A program made the translations under genes and the position numbers. This document shows positions 36,201 to 49,756 of a stretch of 64,000 nucleotides of DNA, piece after piece. This DNA is from Heterodontus francisci. Taxonomy: Eukaryota. Each line of letters opens with the position of its first letter. Position 1 is the first letter of the stretch. The stretch is from the NCBI RefSeq assembly GCF_036365525.1, contig NC_090399.1, positions 64,784,862-64,848,861 of the forward strand. Direction: 5' to 3'. A model generated the notes under the pieces. That model was not told the origin of the DNA and did no database searches. It saw only the letters and a list, made by a program, of their open reading frames with translations.

Positions 36201-38444
36201 TTAAACTCAATAATATTATCATCGAATGGTTATAGCACAGAGGAGGCCATTTGTCCCATTGTGTCTGTGCCATTCTCTCCCTAGTCTAGTCCCACTTCCC
36301 CGCCTTTTCTTTGTATCACTGCATTTCATTTCTCATTCAATTCCCTTTTGAAAGCCATGATTGAATCTGCCTTCATCGTACTCTCAGGCAGTGCATTCCA
36401 GATCCTAATCACTCACTGTGTAAAAAGCTTTTCATTATGTCACCGTTGCTTATTTTGCCAATCACTTTAACTCCGTCTCCTCTGATTCTCGATCCTTCCA
36501 CAACAGGAACAGTTTCTCCCTATCGACTGTATCCAGATCCATCATGGTATTGACTGTCCTCCTCTAAAATCCTTCATTAATGGTCATTTTTAACCAACTA
36601 TCTTCAATGTCCCAGCAAACATTTATTTCTGACTGTGTCTATAATTCCTTTTGATAGCTTTTTTCTATGTGAAAGGTGCTATACAAATGCAAGTTAGTTT
36701 TTTTTACTGTGTTTCCAGTTACAACACCGATGTTCAAAAGGAAAGGTGGGGCAATCGCTCTAAATTAAGACAATTCACCTTAACATCAGCAGTGGACAAG
36801 ATCTTGAGAGCATAATGTAGAGTAAAATTAATACTCAGTTGAAAATATACCATTTGATTACAGGAATACACAATTAGACACCATTCTTTGAAAACACATA
36901 ATAGAGTCTCTTGTTTGGGAAAATACAGTTTATATTGTGCACACTGATTGACACAGACTGACAGTGTATTAATGAATCCAGTAGTTTGAGAATAAAGTTG
37001 ATTCAACACATTCAACAGAAAATACTGATTAATAGATGGAGGACTGAGGTCACAGGTCACTTTATAAAACAGTAGTTCGGCCTCAACTGGAGGATTGTGT
37101 CCAATTCTGGGCACTGCACTTTAGGATGGTTGTGAAGGATTTGGAGAGGGTGCAGAAAAGATTTATGAGAATGATTCCAGGAGTGAGGTGTCATGGAGAT
37201 GGAGAGAGAGAGAGCAGACACACATTTTAGGTGATCAGCAAAAGAAACAAAGGCGACATGAGAAAACCTTTCATGCACCAAGTGGTTAAGGACCTGGAAT
37301 ACACAGACTGAGAGTGTAGTGGTGGCAGATTCTATTGTGACTTTCAAAAGGGAAATGGATAAGCACCTGAAGATAAAAAAAGTGCATGGTTATGGGGAAA
37401 GGGTGGGGGTATGGAACTGGCTGAGATGCTCTTGCAGGGAGCTGGCATGGGACTGGACAGGCCGAATGGCTTCCATCAGTGCCATGAAACATTCCATGAT
37501 TCTATGATGCTAGAATGTCACAGCATTGTCACCGGAGATCACAGGGCCTCAAAATAGAGACATAGAGCAGTCACCATGAATGGTTCAGCACAAGTGTTGT
37601 TCCCAGAACACAAATACACTGGAGTTTTGCATTGGACAAATGATCAAACTGTACAAGTGAAAAGAATTCACTATCAGCCGGTGTGTAAGAGATTTCAGGA
37701 GGATGTTGACATTTTAGTAGATTGGGCACAGAGAAAATAGGAAAAATACATTGCAGAATGAAATGAAAGGGATTGAGCAGCTGAAAGACATGAAACTCCC
37801 GATCTTTCATTTATATAGCACACCACATCTTCCAAAGCTGTCTCTGCTCTTCATTACCATTGGTTTGCTCTTGAATTGCAGTCCCTGTGGTTCCTGGAGG
37901 TAAGTCTGACAGCAAATCTACACACAAGGTCCCACAAACAGCAATACGATAAATGCCCAGTTAAATTTGATGTGTTAATCGCTATTAACGATGACCAAGT
38001 TAAGATGATAACAACAATGAGAAATATTTAATGATGAACACAGACTAGAGAAAGCTTTTAATGAACTGACTGGAGAAATATTTTCACCCAAGTTGGTGAA
38101 TTGAAAACGATAGGGCTCACATTAAATATCATGATCGATGAAATTGTGGTGAAATCTCACCCTCAAACTCTTTCATCCAACACTTTACTGAAAGCCTGAT
38201 GTTATTTAACACAAACCAAAACCATGTTTATTTTCGAGCATAGTCCACAAAATCACAGCTATAGTTAATTTCCTCTTTAAGATTTTACTTGGAAATTCCC
38301 ACATTCATTTGTTCTTCCAACTACAGAAAGACAGAGAAGTTAAACAAATCTTTGGGCTCAATCAGTCAGTGCTGGTGTTCATTATCACAACAGCAAATAG
38401 TTCACATGTACTCAGACTGTTTCCATATCCCCTCAATCAGTCAA

Positions 38445-39281
38445 GACAGCAGTTTGATTGGCCAAAACTCCACAAAGATGTGGTGGAGTACTGCAGGAGT
38501 TGCCATATATGCCAGGTTGAGGGGCAACCCCAAGCTACAATGAAACCTGCACCCTTAAGTCCTGTACTGGTGTTAGGAGGACCCTCCAGCAGAGGGCTGG
38601 TGAACTGTAAGGGACCCCTGCTGAGAACAAAAGGGGACAGGCAGACACAAAGTTGGAAAAAAGTTTAGAAAGAGAAGGGGAAAAAGTGACTAAGAGGGCA
38701 GGTTAAAGGACATCTGGGAGGAATCCCAGATGAAAACACCTACTGTCCGGTCAGCCAACCCCAGAAAATTTGAAATGTTAGATCCCACATCCTCCTATGT
38801 AAATGCAGACACTAGAAACACCCCACCAGAGTTGCTAACAGCATTTACAGGAACTCCAATACCTACTGAAGACACATGAACTCCAAAAGAGAAAAGTCTC
38901 CTGCAGTGAAGAAGGTTTGAGAAGAATACTAGGCCCCAATGAAAAGCAATATCTACCGACAATCATGGACTCTGCGGTGAGCTTGAAGAACCATAACAAA
39001 AACTCCAGATATTGCCTCAAACATTTCTACTTTATTTTTCTTCTGCTCTTTTCTGTCTCTATTTGCATCTGTGTATCACATGTGCCTGCTAGCATGGGCA
39101 AGTCGTGTAACCATATGCATCAACCGAATTAGAGTTTAAGTTTAATAAATTGCAACTTTTCTTCTTTAAACCTAAGAAAGCCTGCTAGGGTTAGGTGTGT
39201 TTAAAAATTAAACCCTGTTACAGTAAGACCAGGTGAAATTTGAAAGGAACCCCTATTCCTCTTTCTCACTAGGTCGTAACA
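38445..39281 (+). mobile_element. Gypsy (Gmr1-like) integrase fragment plus LTR
   Basis: FDWPKLHKDVVEYCRSCHICQVEGQPQATMKPAPLSPV..GPLLRTKG, AATAAA at ~39144, ends ggtcgtaaca. Confidence 0.78.
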
Positions 39282-39299
39282 AGTAGAAACTCCTCCCTC

Positions 39300-39665
39300 G
39301 ATGTGGCACTGACATCAAAGCAGGAATAAATTACATTTTATATCCCAATTTTATGAAGTGGGTTAACAGTGTAACATGAAGATATTAATCATCCTTGCTT
39401 TTTAATATTGTTTCCTGTTTCTACTTGGCTTCACTTCAGAATTTTCTCTTGTTTCCTTGGGCTGGATTCCAGCTTTGACTTTGTGACTAGTTTGAGTGGA
39501 AAGAAAATTCGACATTTTCCACGACTGATGTGTCATCCACACACCTTATTTTCCATTCTGTGCTTTGTCCAGGTGATGATTAACAGACAAGAAGCAAGTC
39601 AGAAACTTACCCCATTGTTAGGAATCCAAATCTAACTTTCACTGTTCTAGAAAAGTTCAAATTAA
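39300..39665 (+). pseudogene. Diverged paralog of GPCR intron 1 with no exons detected (relic of an older gene copy)
   Basis: Colinear matches to 7225-7560: aagtgggtta..tgtaacatg, gattccagct, ttttccattctg.gctttg.ccaggtga, ttaccccatt, tcactgtt...gaaaagttc. Confidence 0.65.
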
Positions 39666-39669
39666 TCCA

Positions 39670-40680
39670 GGGGGAGTGTTACTCTCCATGTGGTACAGTC
39701 CATTACCCAACAGGGTGAGAGTGCACTCTCCATGTTGTACAGACTATAACCGAACAGAGTGAGAGTGCACTCTCCAAGTTGGACAGACTATAACTCAACA
39801 GGGTAGAGTGCCTCTCCATGTTGTACAGACTATAACCAAACAGAATGAGAGTGCACTCTCCATGTTGTACAGACTATAACCGAACAGAGTGAGAGTGCAC
39901 TCTCCAAGTTGTACAGACTATAACCGAACAGAGTGAGAGTGCACTCACCAAGTTGTGCAGACTATAACCGAACAGAGTGAGAGTGCACTCTCCATGTTGT
40001 ACAGACTATAACTCAACAGGGTGAGAGTGCAATCTCCATGTTGTACAGACTATAACCGAACAGAGTGAGAGTGCACTCTCCATGTTGTACAGACTATAAC
40101 CGAACAGAGTGAGAGTGCACTCTCCATGTTGTACAGACGATAACCGAACAGAGTGAGAGTGCACTCTCCATGTTGTACAGGCGATAACCCAACAGGGTGA
40201 AAGTGCCTCTCCATGTTGTACAGGCAATAACCCAACAGGGTGAAAGTGCCTCTCCATGTTGTACAGGCAATAACCCAACAGGGTGAGAGTGCACTCTCCA
40301 TGTTGTACAGGCTATAACCCAACAGGGTGAAAGTGCCTCTCCATGTTTTACAGACCATAACCAAGCAGGGGGAGGATGTGCTCTCCAGGTTGTGCAGACT
40401 ACAACCCAACAGGGGGAGATTGCACTTTAGATTGTGTAGAGACTATAACCCAACAGGGGGAGAGTGCGCTCTCCATGTTGCACAGATTATAACACAACAG
40501 AGCGAGAGTGTACTCTACATAATGTACAGACTATAACCAAACAGGGGGAGATTGCACTTTCCATGTTATACAGAGTCTATCCCAACAAGGTGAGAGTGCA
40601 CTTTCCATGTTGTATAGACTATAACCCAACAGGGTGAGATTAAACTCTCCATTTTATACAGGCTATAATCCAACAGAACA
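39670..40680. repeat. 44-bp minisatellite, diverged relative of the intronic repeat (~23 units)
   Basis: Unit catgttgtacagactataaccgaacagagtgagagtgcactctc; same length and colinear with the intronic unit. Confidence 0.93.
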
Positions 40681-40684
40681 AGAC

Positions 40685-40975
40685 TGCACTGTAAGTACAC
40701 ATAAATATGCAACCGCAGTACAGTATTACAAGGGTACAGACCTGTTCAACACCAGCACTATGCTGTAAGGACACACACTTGTACTACCCTTTTAATGCAC
40801 TGCAAGAACACAGACATTTACAGCACCAGCCCCACACTGCAGGTACACAGGCTTGTACAAACACAGGGACTGTACTGTAAGAACACAGACCTGTACAACC
40901 CCAAGACTGTACTTCAAGAACATGGATCATTGCAACAATTAGCAGCACACGTTAACTGCAGATACCTATACAAAC
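40685..40975. repeat. Degenerate ~35-40 bp tandem repeat
   Basis: Recurring cactg(t/c)aag.acacagac.tgtacaac motif. Confidence 0.5.
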
Positions 40976-40979
40976 ATTG

Positions 40980-42185
40980 CCAAAATACTACAAGCTCCCC
41001 GAACAGTGATGAGGAGAAAGATAAGCAAATGTGTTGGCAAATTTCAAAGGCATGAAATAAAAACAAAGCAGTCATATTGTGTGCCTTTAAATACTGTAAT
41101 ATATACTTGAAAGACATAGCGCTCATAGCAGGGAAAGACAAGAATATCTGATATGTGTACAGGAAAAGTTTCTCAATGAATATGGCTCCAGTTCTGCAAG
41201 GAATGTGTTGGATCTGATTCTGGGAAATAGACGAGTGAAGTTTGTTACTGTAGGAGATCATCTAACTAACAGCGACCACAGCATAATCTGGTTTTAAATA
41301 ATTAGGAACAAGACCAGAAAATAGGGACAGTAAAAATGATCAACTGAGTAAGAGTTAATTTCAGTGATTTCAGAAAAGACTTAACGCAGCTCGATTGGAA
41401 GAGTCGATTTCAGGGTAAAACAGTAACAAGGCAAATGGAAGGCATTCAGGGAAGAGAGAGTTCAGTAAAAACTAGGCAGATTTCTTTGAAGGAAAATGAT
41501 AGAGTGTCTAAAGTTAATGTGTGCTGGGTGACAAACAGAATGAAAGGTTGGAGAAAAGAGGAAAAGGAGGTGTCTGTCAGATGGCAAAATCAAGATTCAT
41601 TGAACAACAGAAGGGAATTGATATAGTTAATACCAAAGGCAAAGAAAGGTTACAAGAAAGGATTAACAGGCCATATTAAATTCAAACCCAAAATCATTAT
41701 GAAACATATAAAGTGTAAGTCGTTCGTTGTGAATAAAGTTGGGCCAATTATGGACCCAAAGGGAAATCTTCATGTCGAGATACAGGACATGGCTGAAGTA
41801 TTAAAGGAATACTTTACACTTGTCTTCACAAGAGAAGTGGTTCGTGTGAAGAGTGCATTCATAGAGGAGAGGAAAGTTATGGACTGGATAGTGATGGATA
41901 GAGAAGATGTACTAAAATGATTAGCATTAATGAAAGTGGGTAATTCACTTGATACAGTTGTCAGCTATCCAGGTTATTGATAAAAAGCCAAGGTAGAAAT
42001 AACAGAGGCATTAGTCACAAGCTTCCAATCCTCATTGGATAGAGTGGGGGTGGAGGACTGGAGGCTTGCTAATGTTATATAATTATACAAGATAGGGGTG
42101 AGGGTAAACCAGGAAACTATAGGTCAGTCAGCCTGACATGAGTGGTGGGAAATTTATTGGAAACAATTATTCAGAACAAAATGTG
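40980..42185 (+). mobile_element. Old CR1 LINE ORF2 (endonuclease end to pre-RT)
   Basis: GDHLTNSDHSIIWF, VGPIMDPKGNLHVEIQDMAEVLKEYFTLVFT, EDWRLANV, KPGNYRSVSLT. Confidence 0.8.
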
Positions 42186-42199
42186 GAAAGGCATCCATG

Positions 42200-42760
42200 T
42201 ACACAGCTTACAATGTTGTCTATCTTTGGATCATCAGCAGATTTGGATATACAGCTTTCTATCCCATCACGTTAATAAATATGGTGACTAGTTGAGACCC
42301 CAACACAGATCATTCTGGACATTACTAGTCACATCCTGTCAATTCGAGTGCCTGTCCATTATCAGGACTCTCTGTCTCCTGCTGCTCAGCCAATTGCTGA
42401 ATGAGGCAAATAATCTGCCTTTAGTTCAATAAACCTCAACTCGAGCTATTATTCTGTGATGAGGGAATATTTAAAAAGCCTTCTGCAAGTCCATACAGGT
42501 ATAATCTACAGACATTCCCCTGCACATTACATTAGTCAAATCTTCAAATAATTCATTCAGGTTCATCAGGCATGAGTGACACTTTACAAACCCATGCTGT
42601 CTGTCTCTTAGAGCAGCTGCAAATGTTCAAGGTACCCAGTCACACTATCTTTTATTATAGACTTCAGTAATTCCCCCACAGTATATGCTGGGCTAACTGA
42701 TCGATAATTCCTCAGTTTCCCTCTGACACCTTTCTGACAGAAATATACCTGTCCAGGTGA
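42200..42760 (-). mobile_element. Old CR1 RT fragment
   Basis: KGVRGKLRNYRSVSPAYTVGELLKSIIKD, DLQKAF. Confidence 0.7.
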
Positions 42761-43170
42761 CAAGCAGCTGCCGAGCCATTCAGTGTGTTTACAATATACA
42801 GTGTTCTCATGAAGGGTCACTGACCTGAAACGTTAACTCTGCTTCTCTCTCTCCACAGATGCTGCCAGACCTGCTGAGTATTTACAGCATTTCTTGTTTT
42901 TATATACAGAGTCACTTTCTGTTTACAGGGTTCATTGATGTCCCCAAATAATTTGAGGCTGAAGTAGTAACACTGGTTAAGAGCTGAACAGGGACCTCAT
43001 AAGTTATCAAAGTTCTTGCCTGCAGCAACCATTCATCTGCACTGCGATTGGCAGAGCAACAAATTCCATTGTCTGCTCATAATTCAGGGGAAGGAAACCA
43101 ATCAGCAAGTAGATCACTCTCCATGTGATCAAAGGATGTGAACAGGCTTTTCTGTGTGGTAAACCCCCAA

Positions 43171-46100
43171 GGGGACAGTAGCATAGTGGGAATGTTACTG
43201 GATCATTAAACTAGCAGCCTTGACTAATGTTCTGGAGATATAAGTTCAAATCATCCATGAAAGACGGGGGAACTTAAATTCAATTAATTAATAAATCTGG
43301 AATAAAATGCAAGTTTCTTTACTAATGGTCATGAAACTACCAGAATGTCACAGAAACATATCTGGTTCACTAATGGCCTGCAGAAGAGGAGATCTGCCAT
43401 CCTTACCCAGTCTGCCCTACGGGGGACTCCAGACCCACAACAATGTGCTTGACCCTTAAGCATCCTCTGAAATGGTCTAGCAAGCCACTCAGTTGTATCA
43501 AACCATTACAGAAAAGTCTGGGCACTGGAAACAACAAAGGTACATCCTGCCCAGTGGACCCTGCAAAGTTCTCCTCACTAACATCTGGGGACATGTGCCT
43601 GACATAGTCATACTCACAGAATCATACCTTACAGATAGTGCCAGACTCCTCCATCATCATCCCTGGATATCACCTGTCTCACTGACAAGATGGACCCACG
43701 AAAGACATACATCTGGGAGGATGTGGCTCTGGTAGTCTCCAACATTGAGTGTGGGTCCAATGAAGTCTCATGTTATCAGGTCAAACACGGGTAAGGAAAT
43801 CTCCTGTTAATTATCACCAAGTGCCCTCCCTCAGCTGATGTATCAATGCTTCTCCATGTTGGGCATAGTATGTGCTCTGCTTGGGGGACTTCAGCGTCCA
43901 TCACTAACAATAGCTTCGTAGCACCATTACAGACTGAACTGGCCAAGTGTCGAATGACATATCGGCCTGTTGGAGGATGCGAGGCTGGCTGCATAGGGGC
44001 CCTGGCGTGTCCTGAACATGGTGAAAATACAACACAGGCCATTTGCATGGAAAGCAGCAGGTCATAGACAGAGCTAAGCGATCCCACAACCAACATCAAA
44101 TCAAATCTCTGCATTCTGACAAAATCCAGTCATGAATGGTAGTGGACAATTAAACAACCAATTGGAAGAGGAGGCCCCAAAAATATGGCCACCCTCAATG
44201 ATGGGGAAGCCCAGCACGTCAGTGCAAAAGCATTTGCGACAATCTCCAGCCAGAAGTGCCGAGTGGATGATCCATCTCAGCCACCTCCTGAGGTCCCCAG
44301 CATCACAGATGCCAGTTTTCAGCCACTTCGATTCACTCAATTTGATACTCGGAAATTGTTAAAGGCACTGGATACTGCAAAGGCTATGGGCCATGACAAC
44401 ATCCTGGCTGTAGTACTGAAGACCTGTATTCCAGAACTAGACATGCCCCTAGCCAAGCTGTTCCAGTACAGCGACCACACTGGCATCTACCCGACAATGT
44501 GGAAAATTGCCCACGTATGTTCTGGCCACAAAAAGAAGAACAAGTCCAATCTGGCCAATTACCGCTCCATCAGTCTAAACTCGATCATCAGCAAAGTGAT
44601 GGAAGGTGTCATTGATAGTTCTATCAGGGCAGCACTTGCTCAGCAATTGCCTGCTCCCCGATGCTCAGTTTGGGTTCTACCAGGGCCACTCAGCTCCACA
44701 CCTCTTTACAGCATTGCCACAAAAATGGATAAAAGAGCTGAATTCCAGAGGTGAGGGGAGAGTGACTGCCCTTGACATCAAAGGAGCATTTGACCAAGGG
44801 TGGCATCAAGGAGTACCAGCAAAATTGAAATAAATGGGAATAAAGGGGGAAGTGCTCCACTGGTTGGAGTCATATCTAGCACAAAGGAAGATGGTTGTGG
44901 TTGTTGGAAGCCAATCATCTCAGTCTCAATACATCACTGCAGGAGTTTATCAGGTTAGTGTCCTCGGCCCAATTATCAGCAGCTGCTTCATCAATGAACT
45001 TCCCTCCATCATAAGGTCATAAGTGGGGATGTTCGCTGATGATTGCACAATGTTCAGTATCATTCATAACTCCTGAGATACTGAAGCAGTTTGTGACCAC
45101 ATGCAGTAAGACCTAGACAACATTCAGGCTTGGGCTGGTAAATGGCAAGTAACATTCGCAACTCACAAGTAGCAGGCAATGACCATCTCCAACAAGAGAG
45201 AATATAACCATCTCCCCTTAACACTCAACAACATTACTATCGCTAAAGCTCCCACCAGCAATATCCTGGGGGTCACCATTGACCAGAAACTGAACTGGAA
45301 CAGACACCTATATATAGTGGCTACAAGAGCAGGCTAGAGGCTGGGAATTCTGTGGCAAGTAACTCTTCTCCTGACTCCGCAAAGCCTGTCCACCATCAAC
45401 AAGGCACAAGTCAGGTGTGTAATGGGAAAATCGCCACTTGGCTGGTTGAGTGAGCTTCAACAGCACTCAAGACACTCAGCACCATCCAGGACAAAGCAGC
45501 CCTCTTGATTGGCAACCCATCCAACACCTTAAACATTCACTCCTTCCAGCACTGGTGCACAGTGGCAGCAGTGTGTACCATCTACAAGATGCATTGCAGC
45601 AACTCACGAAGGCCCTTTCGACAGCACCTTCCAAACTCGCGACATTTGCCACCTAGAAGAGCAAGGGCAGCAGATGCATGGGAACACCACCATCTGCAAG
45701 ATTCCCTCCAAGTCACACAGCATCCTGGAACTATATCCCTGTTCCATCACTGTCCCTGGGTTTTTTCGCTGGAGCGAAGGAGGCTGAGAGGGGACATGAT
45801 AGAGGTGTATAAAATTATGAGAGGCATAGATAGGGTAGATAGCCAGAGTCTGTTACCCATGGTAGGGGTCACTAAAACTAGAGGGCATGGATTTAAGGTG
45901 AGATGGAGGAGTTTTAAAGGGGATCAAAGGGGTAACTTTTTCACACAAAGAATAGTGGGTATCTGGAATGAGCTGCCTGAGGAGGTGGTGGAGGCAAGAA
46001 CAGTAGCAACATTGAAGAGGCAACTGGCAGGTACTTAAATGAGCAAAGCATAGAGGGATATGGAATTAATGCAGGCAGGTGGGGTTAGTGGAGATAGGCA

Positions 46101-46319
46101 TTGTGGTCGGCATGGACGCGGAAGGCCGAAGGGCCTGTTACTATGGTGTACGAGTCTCTGCCTCTATGCCTCTAACTGCCTTCCTAAAAGCACTGTGGGT
46201 GGACCTACCCCACATGGACTGCAGAAGTTCAAGAAGGCAGTTCACCTTCTCAAGGGCAATTAGGGATGCACAATAAATGCTGACCTTGCCAGCAATGTTC
46301 CCATCCCAAGGATAAATAA
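43171..46319 (+). mobile_element. Near end-to-end LINE with tRNA-like head, single decayed APE-RT ORF (internal deletions) and 3' tail
   Basis: Same 5' part as 24999-27042, continuing through LGVTIDQKLNW to the tail caagggcaattagggatg.caataaatgctg. Confidence 0.87.
45760..46173 (+). mobile_element. CR1 3' end nested in the LINE
   Basis: FSLERRRLRGDMIEVYKIMRGIDRV..TRGHGFK..FFTQRIVGIWNELP, (ctctatg)n tail. Confidence 0.9.
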
Positions 46320-46574
46320 CAAGTTGCTTCAGCCCCAAATCTAATGTGCACAACACAGAGAAACAAACACATCATCCAAACCGCTGTTCAGAATGCTCGC
46401 TTCCTAACTTTACAGAGGATTGATACACCAATGTCTCCCTCTGCTCACTCTCCCAATACTTCCACCAGAAACCTGGACCACAATCCAACCATTAACAATC
46501 CACTCTCAGGCCAATCTACAGCTCACCTGTTCTGCATGGACAGAATGTGATTAAACACAAATTAACACTTGGCA

Positions 46575-48750
46575 CCAACACAAGGGCTACTGTCAAGGCT
46601 GTTCACATAGATCAAAACCAGCTTGACTGAAAATGAGACTGTTGATCAAGCACAACACTGGGTTTTTTGCTCCTGATACTGTTCATCCAGCTCAACACTA
46701 GAGTTATTGTAAATGAAACTGTTCATCCAGCTCAACACTAAAGTTATTGTAAATGAGACTGTTCATCCAGCTCAACACTAGAGTTATTGTAAATGAGACT
46801 GTTCATCCAGCTCCACACTAGAGTTATTGTAAATGAGACTGTTCATCCAGCTCAAAATCAGAGTTATTGGAAATGAGACTGTTCATCCAGTTCAACACTA
46901 GAGTTATTGTAAATGAGACTGTTCATCCAGCTCAACACCAGAGTTATTGGAAATGAGACTGTTCATCCAGTTCAACACTAGAGTTATTGTAAATGAGACT
47001 GTTCATCCATCTCAACACTAAAGTTATTGTAAATGAGACTGTTCATCCAGCTCAACACGAGAGTTATTGTAAATGAGACTGTTCATCCAGCTCAACACTA
47101 GAGCTATTGTGAATGAGACTGTTCATGCAGCTCAACACTAGAGTTATTGGAAATGAGACTGTTCATCCAGTTCAACACTAGAGTTATTGTAAATGAGACT
47201 GTTCATCCAGTTGAACACGAGAGTTATTGTAAATGAGACTGTTGATCCAGCTCAACACTCGAGTTATTGTAAATGAGACTGTTCATCCAGTTCAACACGA
47301 GAGTTATTGTAAATGAGACTGTTCATCCAGCTCAACACGACAGTTATTGTAAATGAGACTGTTCATCCAGTTGAACACGAGAGTGATTGTAAATGAGACT
47401 GTTGATCCAGCTCAACACCAGAGTTATTGTAAATGAGACTGTTGATCCAGCTCAACACTTGACTTATTGTAAATGAGACTGTTCATCCAGTTCAACACGA
47501 GAATTATTGTGAATGAGACTGTTCATCCAGTTCAACACGAGAGTTATTGTAAATGAGACTGTTCATCCAGCTCAACACGACAGTTATTGTAAATGAGACT
47601 GTTCATCCAGTTGAACACGAGAGTTATTGTAAATGAGACTGTTGATCCAGCTCAACACCAGAGTTATTGTAAATGAGACTGTTGATCCAGCTCAACACTC
47701 GACTTATTGTAAATGAGACTGTTCATCCAGTTCAACACCAGAGTTATTGTAAATGAGACTGTTGATCCAGCTCAACACTCGACTTATTGCAAATGAGACT
47801 GTTCATCCAGTTCAACACGAGAATTATTGTAAATGAGACTGTTCATCCAGTTCAACACTAGAGCTATTGTAAATGAGACTGTTCATCCAGCTCAACACTC
47901 GAGTTATTGTAAATGAGACTGTTCATCCAGTTCAACACTCGAGTTATTGTAAATGAGACTGTTCATCCAGTTCAACACTAGAGTTATTGTAAATGAGACT
48001 GTTCATCCAGTTCAACACGAGAATTATTGTAAATGAGACTGTTCATCCATTTCAACACGAGAATTATTGTAAATGAGACTGTTCATCCAGCTCAACACTA
48101 GAGTTATTGTAAATGAAACTGTTCATCCAGCTCCACACTCGAGTTATTGTAAATGAGACTGTTCATCCATCTCAACACTCGAGTTATTGTAAATGAGACT
48201 GTTCATCCATCTCAACACTCGAGTTATTGTAAATGAGACTACTCATGCAGCTCAACACTAGAGTTATTGTAAATGAGACTGTTTATCCAGTTCAACACTA
48301 GAGTTATTGTAAATGAGACTGTCCATCCATCTCAACACTCGAGTTATTGTAAATGAGACTGTTCATCCAGTTCAACATGAGAGTTATTGTAAATGAGACT
48401 GTTCATCCAGTTCAACATGAGAGTTATTGTAAATGAGACTGTTTATCCAGTTCAACATGAGAGTTATTGTAAATGAGACTGTTCATCCAGTTCAACATGA
48501 GAGTTATTGTAAATGAGACTGTTCATCCAGTTCAACGCTATAGCCATTGTAAATCCAAACGTTCATCTAATTTTGCACCAAGATTATTATAAATGATGTC
48601 GTCATCCAGCTCAACACAAGGTTATTATCAGTTAGACAGTTTTTTTTCCCAGCTGAATACCAGTGATACAGTAAATGACACTGTTCCTACATCTCAACAC
48701 CAGGGTTACTGTAAAATAGGCTGTTCATCCAGTTTAGCACCAGGGATCAA
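46575..48750. repeat. 40-bp satellite array upstream of GPCR copy 3
   Basis: Same unit, about 47 clear units at 46680-48555, degenerate at both edges. Confidence 0.97.
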
Positions 48751-49043
48751 TGCAAAAGAATTTCCAATTTTTTGAAGAAATTGCAAGAAAATACAAAATT
48801 ATTTTGTTTTGCATACTCTTTCATTAACATATTTTATTCCACAAAAATCCTTGGAGTAAATGTGGTTCATTAAATCAGTTTGTTCAGTGGAATGTAATTA
48901 ATATCCCTGCTCACATTCCCTAGATGACTGTCTCCATGGAGAGTCCTCTCTGGTATTAATAAGGGCTCCTCTGAATATATCTTGACATTACACGGTCAGG
49001 GTCCCGTACCTGGCAGAACAGACATTGGTGTTTCACACAAGAA

Positions 49044-49113
49044 ATGGAATACCCTGTCATTTACCAGTTGGATCTCATTTACTATCCTCTTCTTACAGCT
49101 GTTGGTATTCCAG
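49044..49113 (+). CDS. GPR139/142-like GPCR, copy 3, coding exon 1 (MEYPVIYQLDLIYYPLLTAVGIP)
   Basis: Same 70-nt exon with CAG|GTAAGA donor. Confidence 0.9.
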
Positions 49114-49756
49114 GTAAGACAGTGAAATGAGACAGTAAAAGTTAAATATCAATTTGTGCCTGTCAATGTTATATGTTTATCGAGCTCACCCTGTTCTGTT
49201 GTATCAGCGAAGTGTGCAGTAATTCTCTTCTTTTCTTAATGTGGTTTTTAATTGTAAAAATACCATTTCTTCAATTTTCACCACAACATTGAACAAACAA
49301 TCCCATTTATTGTTTGCAGTACAAAATCCTCCACAAAGGTTACACTGGTATCAGATCAGAAATAAGTTAGTATTTTAATGTCCCAAAGTTGTTAAGTTGG
49401 TTACACGTGTAACGTGGTTATTTGAATAATGATTAATTTTTAACATTGTTTTATGCATAAATATGTTCTTTTTTTACTGTGGAAGTCTCACTTATTGCTT
49501 AGACATATTTCCAGTCTAGATTGTTTTTGTGGTTGGTTTAAGTGGATGGGGAAATTCAGCAATTTCGTGTAGGTGCACAAGCTGCTAGTGGCTGGCTGCA
49601 GATTTGTGGCTCATGGGTAGATTTTGACATCATGTGATAGTGTTAAACAGGACATATTGAATCCGTATCTAGCTATCCATTTCTCCTGACTCACAATATT
49701 GCAGAAAATCAAAATCTAACTGTTGTAGCAGGATGTGAGAGTTCACAATCCAAGTT

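Larger units (their letters stand above)
29730..38725 (+). repeat. Segmental duplication unit homologous to 6440-16758 and 48590-58833
   Basis: Colinear genes, SINEs and LINE fragments; long near-identical tracts. Confidence 0.95.

Noticed and set aside
29730-38725. Copy 2 as a pure haplotype/assembly duplicate of copy 1
   Set aside because: Despite a long near-identical tract, it differs in satellite content, exon 1, several synonymous sites, indels and both flanks. Read-level confirmation is still advisable.
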